Assembly: GCA_036846365.1 (NCBI GenBank)
Contig: DAIUCC010000008.1
Span: forward strand, 12,922 to 76,921
From: Anaerolineales bacterium
GTDB lineage: Bacteria; Chloroflexota; Anaerolineae; Anaerolineales; Villigracilaceae
Length of the DNA: 64,000 bases
Direction: 5' to 3'
Under the pieces are notes generated by a model that saw only the letters and a program-made list of their open reading frames with translations, had not been told where the DNA came from and searched no databases. Positions 20,146 through 29,504 of the stretch are shown piece after piece. A program made the translations under genes and the position numbers. Positions within the stretch are counted from its first letter, which is position 1. Every line of letters starts with the position of its first letter.

Positions 20146-20547
20146 TTATCTCAGCAGCAGTCCGACCTTATCGGGATGGGTCGGGTTGGACATATCCACC
20201 ATGACGGGTACCACGGCCCCGACCTGAATCTGCGAGAGGCGGATCATCGGGATGGTAGCCACCTTCTGGACCTGATACGGGGCCAGGTTCCCCACGCGGA
20301 TTTCCAGCAGCATGCTGACGCGCGGATTGTTATTGATGAACATGCCCGTATCCTGCAAAGCCAGCACGGTGGCTTCTCCCTGCGTGCCGACGGACATGAG
20401 TTCCTGTGCGCGCTTCTGGTTGTTGCGCATGAGGATGAAGGGCACGGCAATGGAAGCGGCCACGATCACGAACGTACACAACAGTGAAATCACGACCAGG
20501 ACAACCGTAAGAATCATGCTCGAACCGAATAAGAAATTGGGATTCAT
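20146..20547 (-). CDS. small membrane protein (one N-terminal TM + beta-rich domain; DUF3592-like guess)
   Basis: GAGGAG RBS before ATG 20547. Confidence 0.5.
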   Translation of the reverse strand: MNPNFLFGSSMILTVVLVVISLLCTFVIVAASIAVPFILMRNNQKRAQELMSVGTQGEATVLALQDTGMFINNNPRVSMLLEIRVGNLAPYQVQKVATIPMIRLSQIQVGAVVPVMVDMSNPTHPDKVGLLLR

Positions 20548-20625
20548 GAAAAGCTCCTCGTTTGGCGAATACACACAGTATAAGGATTCCCCCGCATCTG
20601 TCAGTAGTGCATTGTTCTTATCGCG

Positions 20626-21051
20626 TCACCAGCCGAACTCGTCGAAGCAGACACCGCTGGCATGGTTTTCGAGGGCACGCTTCACATAAGGGATGAGGTT
20701 TTCGGGCAGCGCGTCGAGCGGAGTCCAGCGCAGTTCGTCGCACTTGTCGGGCTCGGCGTTGACGGGTTCGCCCTCCCAGGCATGGACGTGGACAAAGAAG
20801 TCGATGCGCTCCTCGCCTTCGTTGCGATGCATCACACTGGAGAAGGTCAACGCCGCGAGGTCGATTTCCACCCCAACCTCCTCCCGCGCCTCACGGACGG
20901 CGGCCGCCAGGACCGTCTCGCCGCCATCCAGATGCCCGGCCGGGACACTGTACCAGCCGTCGCGGTAACCCGTGTTGAAGCGGCGCAGCAACAGAACCTT
21001 GTCGCCGCGAAAGAAGAAAAGATGGACAGTGGTTGGAAATTTTGCGCGCAT
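20626..21051 (-). CDS. NUDIX hydrolase
   Basis: Nudix box GHLDGGETVLAAAVREAREEVGV. Confidence 0.85.
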   Translation of the reverse strand: MRAKFPTTVHLFFFRGDKVLLLRRFNTGYRDGWYSVPAGHLDGGETVLAAAVREAREEVGVEIDLAALTFSSVMHRNEGEERIDFFVHVHAWEGEPVNAEPDKCDELRWTPLDALPENLIPYVKRALENHASGVCFDEFGW

Positions 21052-21107
21052 GTTTTGATTATAAGCGCAAAAAAATCGGCTCCCACGCGGGGAGCCGATT
21101 GTCTATT

Positions 21108-21512
21108 CTATTGTTTGAACACTTTGCGGACTTTGGCGGCGATCTGCCGCTCGGTCATGCGATCTGCGGTCTCGACCGCTACGATGGGCGGGGCGGTCTT
21201 CTGGCGGGTGAGCCTCCGTTCCAATTCCAGTTTGGCCTCACCGGGGCCGAAGATGAACACGGAAGCCGCGTCGCGCAGGGAGGTGCTAATAGTCTCATAG
21301 TATTGGTTGAGTTTTTCGAGGAACTGCCTGTCCTTTCGATCTTCGGCGGGCAGGGGCTGCGTTCCGTTGGGATTCTTGGAGCGCACCTTCCTGTCCGTTT
21401 GAACGCGTTTGCTTGCCCCCGATACCAGCCGCCTGATCTGCTCCCCCTTTTCGTCGAGGATGACCATCACTGCCTGCTTGCGGTCGATCCAGATACCAAT
21501 ATGGTTTGCCAT
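21108..21512 (-). CDS. hypothetical protein, possible eRF1/Pelota-like fold
   Basis: AAAGGAGAAACC RBS before ATG 21512; VFIFGPGEAKLEL resembles Pelota/eRF1 central-domain GPGxxK motif (weak). Confidence 0.45.
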   Translation of the reverse strand: MANHIGIWIDRKQAVMVILDEKGEQIRRLVSGASKRVQTDRKVRSKNPNGTQPLPAEDRKDRQFLEKLNQYYETISTSLRDAASVFIFGPGEAKLELERRLTRQKTAPPIVAVETADRMTERQIAAKVRKVFKQ

Positions 21513-21742
21513 GGTTTCTCCTTTCTGGAATGGCTGCAGCTTGCACATTCAGTATACCGAGTCCATGACCAGAATTTCAATGGCAAAAAGGCAAGACTAA
21601 ACAAACTGTTATGCTGCTCTCATCCGCAGTCCAAAAACGGGACGGAATCCGCATTTTCGCGTTGACTAAACGAAATCCCGCCCGCGAAAGATTAATTTCG
21701 GGGCGGGAAATTTTGGAGAAACTGTGATTTTTTTACGCAGAA

Positions 21743-22759
21743 TCAGGCCGCAAAGTACTTGTCCCAGATGCGCTGCTTCTGCGCCTCGGGGATGAACGAG
21801 GCCTCGAAGGCGGTGCGATTGCAGGCGGCGATCTCGTCCATGCTCATGCCAAGCACCTCGTGCGCGATGCGGTACTCGTTGTTGACATTGGTCTCCAGCA
21901 CCTCGGGGTCATCCGAGTTGATCGTGACGCGCACACCCAGGTCGAATAATTGTTTGAGCGGATGCTCTTCGATGGTCGGCACGGCATTGGTCAGGTAGTT
22001 GCTCCACGGGTTGACCTCGAGCGTGATTCCGTTTTCCCTGACCAGGTCCACGGCGCGCATGTCCTCGATGATGTGGATTCCATGCCCGATGCGGTCGGGC
22101 TGGACGGTCTGGATCGTGTCCACCACATAACGGGCGGGCGTGTCCTCGCCCGAATGGATCGTGACCTTCAAGCCTGCATCCCGCGCCTTGAGGATCGGTT
22201 TGGCGAAATCCTTGATCGGATATTGGGTCTCGCTGTCGGCCAGGTCCACGGCGACGAAATGTTCGCGGTGACGGATGGCCCAGTCCACGGTGCGGACGCA
22301 CGAGTCCACGCCCATGCCGCGCGAGGTGATGACGATGTAGCCGATGGCCATGTCGAACTCGCGCTCGGCGCGTTCCCTGGCGCGCAACAGTCCGTCGAGA
22401 CAGGCATCCCAATCCAGGTTATGACCGTGAAAGGCCCAATCGGGCGAGAAGCGCACCTCGAAGAGTTTGATGTTCTGGGCGGCGGCATCCTCGAATAATT
22501 CCCAGGCGATGCGCTCCACCACTTCAGGTGCGGTGATGCTTTTCTGGAAGATGCCGAAGGCCTCCAGCACCGTGTCCAGATTCTGCATCTGGTCATAGAC
22601 CTTGACATGCTTGTCCAGTTCGGCGGCATCGTAGGTCGGCAGGCTCAGGCCGTACTGCTGTGCCACGTCGATGATGGTCCGGGTGCGGATGGCGCCTTCG
22701 AGGTGGATGTGCAGTTCGGTTTTGGGGAGGTCGTTATAGCGCGGGTCAAAGTTTTTCAT
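21743..22759 (-). CDS. add: adenosine deaminase
   Basis: ELHIHLEG metal site, SGEDTPARYV, VTINSDDP; start taken at MKNFDP (M26 of the ORF-track translation, which begins at a TTG). Confidence 0.85.
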   Translation of the reverse strand: MKNFDPRYNDLPKTELHIHLEGAIRTRTIIDVAQQYGLSLPTYDAAELDKHVKVYDQMQNLDTVLEAFGIFQKSITAPEVVERIAWELFEDAAAQNIKLFEVRFSPDWAFHGHNLDWDACLDGLLRARERAEREFDMAIGYIVITSRGMGVDSCVRTVDWAIRHREHFVAVDLADSETQYPIKDFAKPILKARDAGLKVTIHSGEDTPARYVVDTIQTVQPDRIGHGIHIIEDMRAVDLVRENGITLEVNPWSNYLTNAVPTIEEHPLKQLFDLGVRVTINSDDPEVLETNVNNEYRIAHEVLGMSMDEIAACNRTAFEASFIPEAQKQRIWDKYFAA

Positions 22760-22962
22760 GGGAACCTGCCGTGAAAAGATTTGCATTATTTTACTCCCAA
22801 GACGCATGGGTGCTGGAAACCTACCCATCTTCAAGACAACACTACCTGGTTTCTGTCGCTTATCCTACAAATGTCGCGCTTTGATGGTTGACGATGGGAC
22901 ACAAAAAATGTAAATTTCACACCAGCCATGTTGTCCATGATGTACCCCGAAAGGCTTTAGAA

Positions 22963-23889
22963 ATGTCCACTCAAAAACAAATGCAAGTTCAAACTGAATT
23001 TTCCATCCATCCCGAGACCCGCATCGGCCATGTCGCGTTGAGCGTAGCCAGCCTCGATAACGAGATCGCCTTTTATCAGCAGGCGCTCGGCTTCGTATTG
23101 CGCCACCGCGAGGGGAATATCGCCACGCTCGGCTCGGAGCAGACCGGGATTCTGCGTCTGGTCGAGCAACCTGGGTATCGCCGCTATCGCCGCGTGACAG
23201 GACTGTATCACTTTGCCACGCTGTTCCCCAACCAGCGCGAACTGGCGCGCGCCATCGCCCGTCTGTTCGTGTTGAAATATCCCAACGCGCCCACCGACCA
23301 CATCATGACCAAGACCACCTACCTCGACGACCTCGAAGGCAACGGCATCGAACTGTATGCCGAGTCGCCTGAAGATGGGACCTGGTCGCTCAAGGACGGT
23401 CAGTACATCACCCGCCGAACGGACGGCAGCCTGAGCGACGGGCGCGAACCGCTCGACCTGGACGCTCTGTTCAGCCACCTCAAGCAGGATGACAAGCTGG
23501 ACCTGACCGTCCCGCCCGAAACACGCATCGGCCACATGCACCTGCATGTCCGCGACCTGCACGAAGCCGTGGATTTCTATCACGGCGTGCTCGGCTTCGA
23601 CGTCATGGGCGTGGTGGACGAGTTCCGCATGGCCTTTGTCTCGGCGGGCGGCTACCATCACCACATCGGATTGAACACCTGGCAGGGCGAGGGCGCTCCG
23701 CCGCCTCCGCCTGATGCCGTGGGTCTACGCTACTTCAGCGTGGAACTGCCGAACCAGTCCGCGCTGGACGAGGTCATCGCCCGCGTGGACGCGGCGGGCA
23801 TCCCCGCCAACCAGACCGAGCATGGATTGTTGATCCACGACCCCTCGCAGAACGGCGTGATGCTTTCTCTACGCTCCACCTCACTCTGA
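22963..23889 (+). CDS. two-domain VOC-family protein (glyoxalase/extradiol dioxygenase-like)
   Basis: Duplicated RIGHVALSV... and RIGHMHLHVRDL VOC modules. Confidence 0.7.
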   Translation: MSTQKQMQVQTEFSIHPETRIGHVALSVASLDNEIAFYQQALGFVLRHREGNIATLGSEQTGILRLVEQPGYRRYRRVTGLYHFATLFPNQRELARAIARLFVLKYPNAPTDHIMTKTTYLDDLEGNGIELYAESPEDGTWSLKDGQYITRRTDGSLSDGREPLDLDALFSHLKQDDKLDLTVPPETRIGHMHLHVRDLHEAVDFYHGVLGFDVMGVVDEFRMAFVSAGGYHHHIGLNTWQGEGAPPPPPDAVGLRYFSVELPNQSALDEVIARVDAAGIPANQTEHGLLIHDPSQNGVMLSLRSTSL

Positions 23890-23914
23890 ACCGAAAGCTG
23901 GTCCCGTTAAATTC

Positions 23915-24529
23915 ATGGAATACACACTGACGATCTTCTCCGATTACATCTGACCGTGGTGCTACGTCGGCCAGGGTGTGGTCGCAAAGTTACAAGCTGA
24001 ATACAACGTCGAAGTCGACTGGCGTCCGTACTATCTGCGCCCCGATACGCCGCCCGAAGGCATGGACCTGCCCGATTACATCCAGCGGGCGCGTGCCAAC
24101 GGCTCGGAGGAACGTCTCGCCCAGATGGCGGCTGCCAACGGCATGAAGTTCAAGTCCACGGAGCGCATCTACAACACGCGTCTCGCGCACGAAGCTACCG
24201 AGTACGCACGCGAACATGGCAGGCTGCTCGAATTCCATCACGCCGTGTTCCAGAAGGTCTACGGCGAAGGCCTCGACATCAGCAGTTGGGACATCCTGCG
24301 TCAGGCCGCCCAGGAAGCGGGTCTTGACGCTGACGAGATGCAGACGGAAGTCGAAAGCGGCACCTACACCGAAGCCGTCAGGATGCAGGTCGATCAGGCG
24401 CAACGTATCGGCGTGCAAGGCGTTCCCACCTACGTGATGAACAACCGCTACGCGGTGGTCGGCGCACAACCATACGAGGTGTTCCTGCAAGCCATCGAGC
24501 GCATTCAACAGGATGCGGAGAAACGATAA
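23915..24529 (+). CDS. DsbA/FrnE-family thiol:disulfide oxidoreductase with in-frame TGA at the first active-site Cys (U/stop-PWC); selenoprotein candidate or pseudogene
   Basis: ATG 23915 MEYTLTIFSDYI-[TGA 23951-23953]-PWCYVGQGVVAKL... exactly mirrors family start MxIxxxSDxxCPWCYxG; all in one frame; downstream ORF in track starts at GTG 23978. Confidence 0.6.
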
Positions 24530-24532
24530 CGA

Positions 24533-24560
24533 ACACGGCGGACCTTTTGGTCCGCCGTGT
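24533..24560 (+). terminator. terminator after dsbA-like gene
   Basis: acacggcggacc-tttt-ggtccgccgtgt + tattttctc. Confidence 0.5.
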
Positions 24561-24639
24561 TATTTTCTCCACTTTTTCTTTTTCTCCGTCTTGGGGTATC
24601 ATCCACGGGAACCAATTCGCCGACAGCGAAGGAGACGCG

Positions 24640-25413
24640 ATGACCTATACCCACATCCTGACCGAAACCCGCGGACGCGTGGGCTTGCTTACCCTCAACC
24701 GTCCGCAAGCCCTCAACGCCCTGAACCACGCCTTGCTGACCGAACTGATGGACGCGCTCTCCGCCTTCGACGCGGACGAGCAGGTCCGTGTCATGGTCAT
24801 CGCAGGGAGTCAGCGGGCATTCGCCGCGGGAGCCGACATCCGCGAGATGGCCGACAAAACCGTCCAGCAAATGATGGACAGCGATCCGACCGCCGTCTTC
24901 GGGCGCATTCGCTCGATCCGCAAACCGGTCATCGCGGCGGTCTCGGGCTGGGCGTTGGGCGGCGGATTTGAGCTGGCCCTGTCCTGTGACATGATCGTGG
25001 CGTCCGAGTCGGCCCGCTTCGGCCTGCCCGAGGTGACCATCGGGGTGATGCCCGGCGCAGGCGGGACCCAGCGCCTGCCGCGTGCAGTGGGCAAGGTCCT
25101 CGCGATGGAGATGGTCCTCAACAACCGCAGCCTGTCGGCGCAGGAAGCGCTCCAGCTTGGGCTGGTCAACCGCGTCGTCCCGCCCGAAAGATTCCTCGAC
25201 GAAGCCTTATCCCTCGCCGCGCAGATCGCAGAACGTGCTCCGCTGGCGGCACAAGCCGCCAAACAGATGATCCTGCAAGCCTACGAACGTCGGCTGGGCG
25301 AAGGGCTTGAGGAAGAGCGTCAGGTCTTCTACAATCTCTTCGCCAGCGAGGATCAAAAAGAAGGCATGGCAGCCTTCCTCGAAAAACGCACGCCCACCTG
25401 GAAGGGACGATGA
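24640..25413 (+). CDS. enoyl-CoA hydratase (crotonase family)
   Basis: AAGADIREM, oxyanion GWALGGGFELALSCDM; GAAGGAGA RBS. Confidence 0.85.
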   Translation: MTYTHILTETRGRVGLLTLNRPQALNALNHALLTELMDALSAFDADEQVRVMVIAGSQRAFAAGADIREMADKTVQQMMDSDPTAVFGRIRSIRKPVIAAVSGWALGGGFELALSCDMIVASESARFGLPEVTIGVMPGAGGTQRLPRAVGKVLAMEMVLNNRSLSAQEALQLGLVNRVVPPERFLDEALSLAAQIAERAPLAAQAAKQMILQAYERRLGEGLEEERQVFYNLFASEDQKEGMAAFLEKRTPTWKGR

Positions 25414-26201
25414 CCGAACTGACCTTCGCCCGCCTGCGCGCCTGCTTCCGTGACCTGGGCCTGCACGGACAACCCATCATCGCGCACACTTCGCTAACCG
25501 CGTTCGGTCCCATCCACGGCGGAGCAAGCACGCTATTAGGCGCCCTGTTGGCCAATGCCAGCGCGCTGCTGGTTCCCACCTTCACCTACAAGACGATGGT
25601 CACACCCGGGGTCGGTCTGCCGCACAACGGATTGACCTACGGCAGCGACCTGAGCCATAACCTGATGGCCGAGTTCTTTCACGCAGACATGCCCGCCGAC
25701 CGCATGATGGGCTGGTTCCCCGAAGTCGTGCGGCGGCATCCCGCCGCGCGCCGCAGCCTGCATCCGATCCTCTCGTTTGCGGGCATCCATGCCGACGAGG
25801 CGCTCGACGCGCAGACACTCTTCAACCCGCTGGCACCCATCGGCGTGCTGGCCGAACAGGGCGGATGGGTCGTGCTGCTGGGCGTGGATCAAACCGTCAA
25901 CACCAGCATCCACTTCGCCGAGAAACTGGCCGGCCGCCGACAGTTCACCCGCTGGGCGCTGACCAGGAAACGCATCGTGGAATGCTCAGGCTTCCCCGGC
26001 GATTCGAGCGGCTTCGACTCGCTCGCCGCCGATCTCGAAGCCAACACGCGCAGCGCGGTGATCGGGCCTGCAGTGGTGCGGGCCATTCCGCTTCAACGAC
26101 TCTTCGAGACGGTGCAGAAGCGGCTCCAGCACAATCCACTCGACCTGTTATGCGAGCGGGACGATTGCGAACGCTGCAACGCCGTCCGCGACTCGGTATA
26201 A
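25410..26201 (+). CDS. AAC(3)-family aminoglycoside N3-acetyltransferase-like protein
   Basis: N-terminal IIAHTSLTAFGPIHGGASTLLGAL....LLVPTFTY mirrors AAC(3) (LLVHSSLSSLG.V.GGA...A.......GTLVMPT); 4-nt overlap with crotonase gene. Confidence 0.65.
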   Translation: MTELTFARLRACFRDLGLHGQPIIAHTSLTAFGPIHGGASTLLGALLANASALLVPTFTYKTMVTPGVGLPHNGLTYGSDLSHNLMAEFFHADMPADRMMGWFPEVVRRHPAARRSLHPILSFAGIHADEALDAQTLFNPLAPIGVLAEQGGWVVLLGVDQTVNTSIHFAEKLAGRRQFTRWALTRKRIVECSGFPGDSSGFDSLAADLEANTRSAVIGPAVVRAIPLQRLFETVQKRLQHNPLDLLCERDDCERCNAVRDSV

Positions 26202-26239
26202 AAAAGAGACGGTCACCTTGAAGGTGACCGTCTCTTTTT
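26201..26239. terminator. strong bidirectional terminator
   Basis: aaaaagagacggtcacc-ttgaa-ggtgaccgtctcttttt. Confidence 0.7.
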
Positions 26240-26635
26240 CTAGTGTAACTCGGGTTTCTTCCCCGTATATTTCTCGATCAACGCGCCGATCCCGTCCAGC
26301 AGCGCCAGGATGGGAGTATCCTGGAGTGCCTGGCTGGTCCACAATTGCACGTTGAGCAGGGATTCCTGGGCCGAGAGAGCAAAGCCCAGCAGGGACTCCT
26401 CGGGCATGCCGGGACCGGGCGGCAAAGTCCGCTGCTCGAAGGCGGCGCCCGCAATCAGGTCCCAGAGCGCGGCGGATTCATCCTCCGAGAGTTGGAAGGG
26501 CCCAAAACGGGTCACCGCTCCAAAGATATCATGCTCCACCGATAAATTTCCATCGTCGTCTGCACGCATTTTCCACTCGCCCCCGCCCTGAAAATGATAT
26601 GCGCCTCCGCTCGAAAAGGCAAAGTATTTATTCAT
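26240..26635 (-). CDS. hypothetical protein
   Basis: 131-aa ORF, GC-rich codon usage consistent with host; no motif recognised. Confidence 0.45.
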   Translation of the reverse strand: MNKYFAFSSGGAYHFQGGGEWKMRADDDGNLSVEHDIFGAVTRFGPFQLSEDESAALWDLIAGAAFEQRTLPPGPGMPEESLLGFALSAQESLLNVQLWTSQALQDTPILALLDGIGALIEKYTGKKPELH

Positions 26636-26679
26636 AAATTGGAGTCTATCCGCAAAATTCAGGCGGTAAAATAGCCAAT

Positions 26680-27501
26680 ATGTCTTATCCCTCCACCTGG
26701 CGTCTGATTCGGACCGCCCCCGCCCCCGGGGCCTGGAATATGGCCCTCGACGAATCGATCCTCGAACATATCCACCGCGGCGAATCCATCCCGACCCTGC
26801 GCCTGTATGCGTGGACCCCGGCCTGTCTCTCGCTCGGGCATGCCCAAGCCTTCGCCGACGTGGACGTGGCCCGTCTGCGCGCGCACGGCTGGGACGCGGT
26901 GCGCCGTCTGACGGGCGGCCGCGCCATTCTGCACACCGACGAGTTGACCTACTCCGTCACCGCTCCTACCGACGAGCCGCGCGTGGCAGGCACCGTGCTC
27001 GAATCCTATAATCGGCTGGCTGGGGCTTTGATGCGCGCCGTGTACGACCTGGGCCTGCCCGTGGAGATGAAGGAGCATAACGGGCCCATCGGTCCCTCGC
27101 TCAACCCGGTCTGTTTCGAGGTACCGTCCACGTACGAGATCACGGTCCACGGCAAAAAACTGATCGGCTCGGCTCAGGCGCGCAAGAAGGAAGGCGTGTT
27201 GCAGCACGGCTCCCTGCCCCTGCACGGCGACCTGACGCGCATCTGCCAGGCGCTGGTCTTCGCCGACGAAGGCGCCCGTGAGCAAGCCGCAGTCCGTCTG
27301 CTGGAACGCGCCACCACGGTCGAGTCGGTGCTGGGCCGCATCGTGGATTGGGAGACCGCCGCGCAGGCCTTCGTCCACGCCTTCGAGAGCGAGTTGGGAT
27401 TGACGTTCGAGGAGGGAGAAGTATCCGCGTCTGAACAAGCGCGCGCCGAGGAATTGGTCAAGGATAAATACGCGCATCCGTCGTGGACGGAGAGGTCGTA
27501 G
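26680..27501 (+). CDS. lipoate--protein ligase / octanoyltransferase family (BPL/LPL catalytic domain)
   Basis: RRLTGGRAILH, KKLIGSAQARKKEGVLQHGSL (lipoyl-AMP binding lysine region). Confidence 0.8.
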   Translation: MSYPSTWRLIRTAPAPGAWNMALDESILEHIHRGESIPTLRLYAWTPACLSLGHAQAFADVDVARLRAHGWDAVRRLTGGRAILHTDELTYSVTAPTDEPRVAGTVLESYNRLAGALMRAVYDLGLPVEMKEHNGPIGPSLNPVCFEVPSTYEITVHGKKLIGSAQARKKEGVLQHGSLPLHGDLTRICQALVFADEGAREQAAVRLLERATTVESVLGRIVDWETAAQAFVHAFESELGLTFEEGEVSASEQARAEELVKDKYAHPSWTERS

Positions 27502-27555
27502 ATATTCACCAGGGATGAACAAAGATGTTTTATCCCTGTTCCATTTCCACAAACA

Positions 27556-27590
27556 AAAAAGGGTTGCAGGCAAGCCTGCAACCCTTCGAC
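27556..27590 (-). terminator. terminator for minus-strand DUF4230 gene
   Basis: minus strand gggttgcaggcttgcctgcaaccc + ttttttgtttg. Confidence 0.55.
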
Positions 27591-27626
27591 AAGCTCAGGG
27601 CAACGCCTTCAAACTTTCAATCTTGG

Positions 27627-28307
27627 TTAGTGCACGAAGATCACGGTCTTGTATCCGAGCGCATTGAAGAACTTAACCAGGTACGCCTCTGCATTGATCT
27701 GCGCCTGCTGCAAAATACCATCCTCCAGCGCAGCGTTGCGGATCTCGTTCTCGGCGGATTGACGCGCCAGGGTTTCGAGGTCCACGGTCTGCTTGGTGAG
27801 GATGCCCGTCTCGCGGGTGTATACGTAGGATTTCTGGTTGTCGATGGTCGCCACGAAGACCTCCGCCGAAGGCAGGCGCACGTTCAACACACCGTTGACC
27901 AGCGCCATGTCCCCGGGCTGGAGCTTGTCCATGTCGATGCCCGCGATGACCGTCCCGTGCGCCACGAACAACATGCGGTCGCCAAACAGGAAATCGAACG
28001 TGCCCTGATTCTGCTCGGCCGTGATGACCTTCTCCACGCTATACTGGATCGTCTCAAGGCGGGCCAGCGCGCGGATGTCATAGATGTACGTGACCGGGTC
28101 GGGGATGATGGTGGGCGTGGGATTCATCAACTGCGAGACCTGGGTCTGCATGGCCTGGTTGGCCTGGCTCACCTGCTGGAAGGGCGCCGAGGCCTGCTGG
28201 GCCACCTGTGACGTCATGTCACGCACGGTCTGCACGATAAAGTACACTCCCGCCACCAACACGACCAGGATCAAAGCCGAGAACAGCGTATTACCGTTGT
28301 TTTTCAT
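27627..28307 (-). CDS. DUF4230-family membrane-anchored protein
   Basis: N-terminal TM then conserved DUF4230-like region; start chosen at MKNNGNT (M14). Confidence 0.6.
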   Translation of the reverse strand: MKNNGNTLFSALILVVLVAGVYFIVQTVRDMTSQVAQQASAPFQQVSQANQAMQTQVSQLMNPTPTIIPDPVTYIYDIRALARLETIQYSVEKVITAEQNQGTFDFLFGDRMLFVAHGTVIAGIDMDKLQPGDMALVNGVLNVRLPSAEVFVATIDNQKSYVYTRETGILTKQTVDLETLARQSAENEIRNAALEDGILQQAQINAEAYLVKFFNALGYKTVIFVH

Positions 28308-28422
28308 GTGTGCTCCTTCTGATATAGAGAACCCCCATCGGGCCAAAAGGCTTTCAAGGGCGAAAAATAACTTGTCCTATTATAGCAACCTAAAGTATCA
28401 TTACAGCCGACAAACCTGCAAG

Positions 28423-29433
28423 ATGAAAAAACTCCTATTCCTCTCCCTGCTCCTGCTCACGGCCTGCAGCCTGCCTCTGGCTGGCCTGACGGCGCCCACC
28501 CCCACGGCGACCAGCGCCCCCACCCCGCAAGCCACCATCCAGGTCCAGCCCACGGCAGAACCGGGCACCGAGGCCAATCCGCTCATCCTGGCGCTGGCGC
28601 CCTCGCCCAACCCGTCCGAGACGGCCATCGCGGCGGCGGGCAGCCTGGCGCAGAAATTGCAGGATGCCACCGGGCTAAAGATCGTCACCGTGGCCCCCGC
28701 CTACGAAGCGGACCTGGTCAAGGCCTTTGCCGTCGGCAATGCCCACATCGGGCTGCTCTCGCCGTACGGGTACTTCCTAGCCCACGAGAACGGCGATGTG
28801 AACGCCATGCTCGCTAACCTGCGCAACGGACAGTCGCTGTATGGGGCGCAATTCCTGGCCCGCAGCGACTCGGGCTTCAAGCGCTATTACGACCCCGCGC
28901 GCGACGAGAACACCGCCGAGGTCAAAGAGGCGCTGGCCCAGTTCAACGACAAGAAGCCCTGCTGGAGCGACCCGCTCTCACCCTCCGGGTATGTGGTCCC
29001 GTTGGGGGCGTTGAAGCAGGCCGGGGTCCAGACCGCCAGCCCGGCCTTCGTCGAGGGACAGGGCACGGTGGTCCGCGCCATCTACAGCAAGGGCATCTGC
29101 GACTTTGGCGCCACCTACGTCGATGCGCGCGACCTGCCCATCCTCGAACAGGATTATCCCGACGTGAAGGAAAAGGTGATGGTCATCTGGCGAATCCCGG
29201 CCATCATCCCCTACGAGCAGATCGTGGTGGCCGCGCGGCTCAACCCGCAGGTCAAGCAAAGCCTGCTGCGCGCCTTCATCGACATCATGGGCACCGACGA
29301 GGGTCGCGCGCTGATCCAGACCGTGTACGGCATCGACACCTTCCAGCCTGCCGACGAGACCCAATACAGCGATTTCAGCGACTTCCTCAGGGCTTCTGGG
29401 TTGGACACAAACAGCCTGCTCAAACTTCCCTGA
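28423..29433 (+). CDS. PhnD/SsuA/transferrin-type substrate-binding lipoprotein (orphan, no transporter partners adjacent)
   Basis: Lipobox LLTACS; Pro/Thr/Ala linker; PhnD-like SBP body. Confidence 0.65.
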   Translation: MKKLLFLSLLLLTACSLPLAGLTAPTPTATSAPTPQATIQVQPTAEPGTEANPLILALAPSPNPSETAIAAAGSLAQKLQDATGLKIVTVAPAYEADLVKAFAVGNAHIGLLSPYGYFLAHENGDVNAMLANLRNGQSLYGAQFLARSDSGFKRYYDPARDENTAEVKEALAQFNDKKPCWSDPLSPSGYVVPLGALKQAGVQTASPAFVEGQGTVVRAIYSKGICDFGATYVDARDLPILEQDYPDVKEKVMVIWRIPAIIPYEQIVVAARLNPQVKQSLLRAFIDIMGTDEGRALIQTVYGIDTFQPADETQYSDFSDFLRASGLDTNSLLKLP

Positions 29434-29455
29434 CGATATTAGAGTTTTTTCAGGA

Positions 29456-29487
29456 AACGGGACGGCCGATGACCGTCCCGTTTTTTT
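29456..29487 (+). terminator. terminator after SBP gene
   Basis: aacgggacggcc-gat-gaccgtcccgtt + ttttttg. Confidence 0.65.
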
Positions 29488-29504
29488 GTTGTAGAATCCC
29501 GCTC

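Noticed and set aside
20146-20574. ORF-track start at 20574 for the small membrane protein
   Set aside because: No RBS there. The internal ATG at 20547 has a GAGGAG site 8 nt upstream, so the shorter form was chosen.
21672-21712. Hairpin cccgcccgcgaaag...tttcggggcggg downstream of adenosine deaminase gene as a strong terminator
   Set aside because: Stem is good but followed by only a 3-T run on the relevant strand. Probably a weak terminator or structural element, so not listed as a confident feature.
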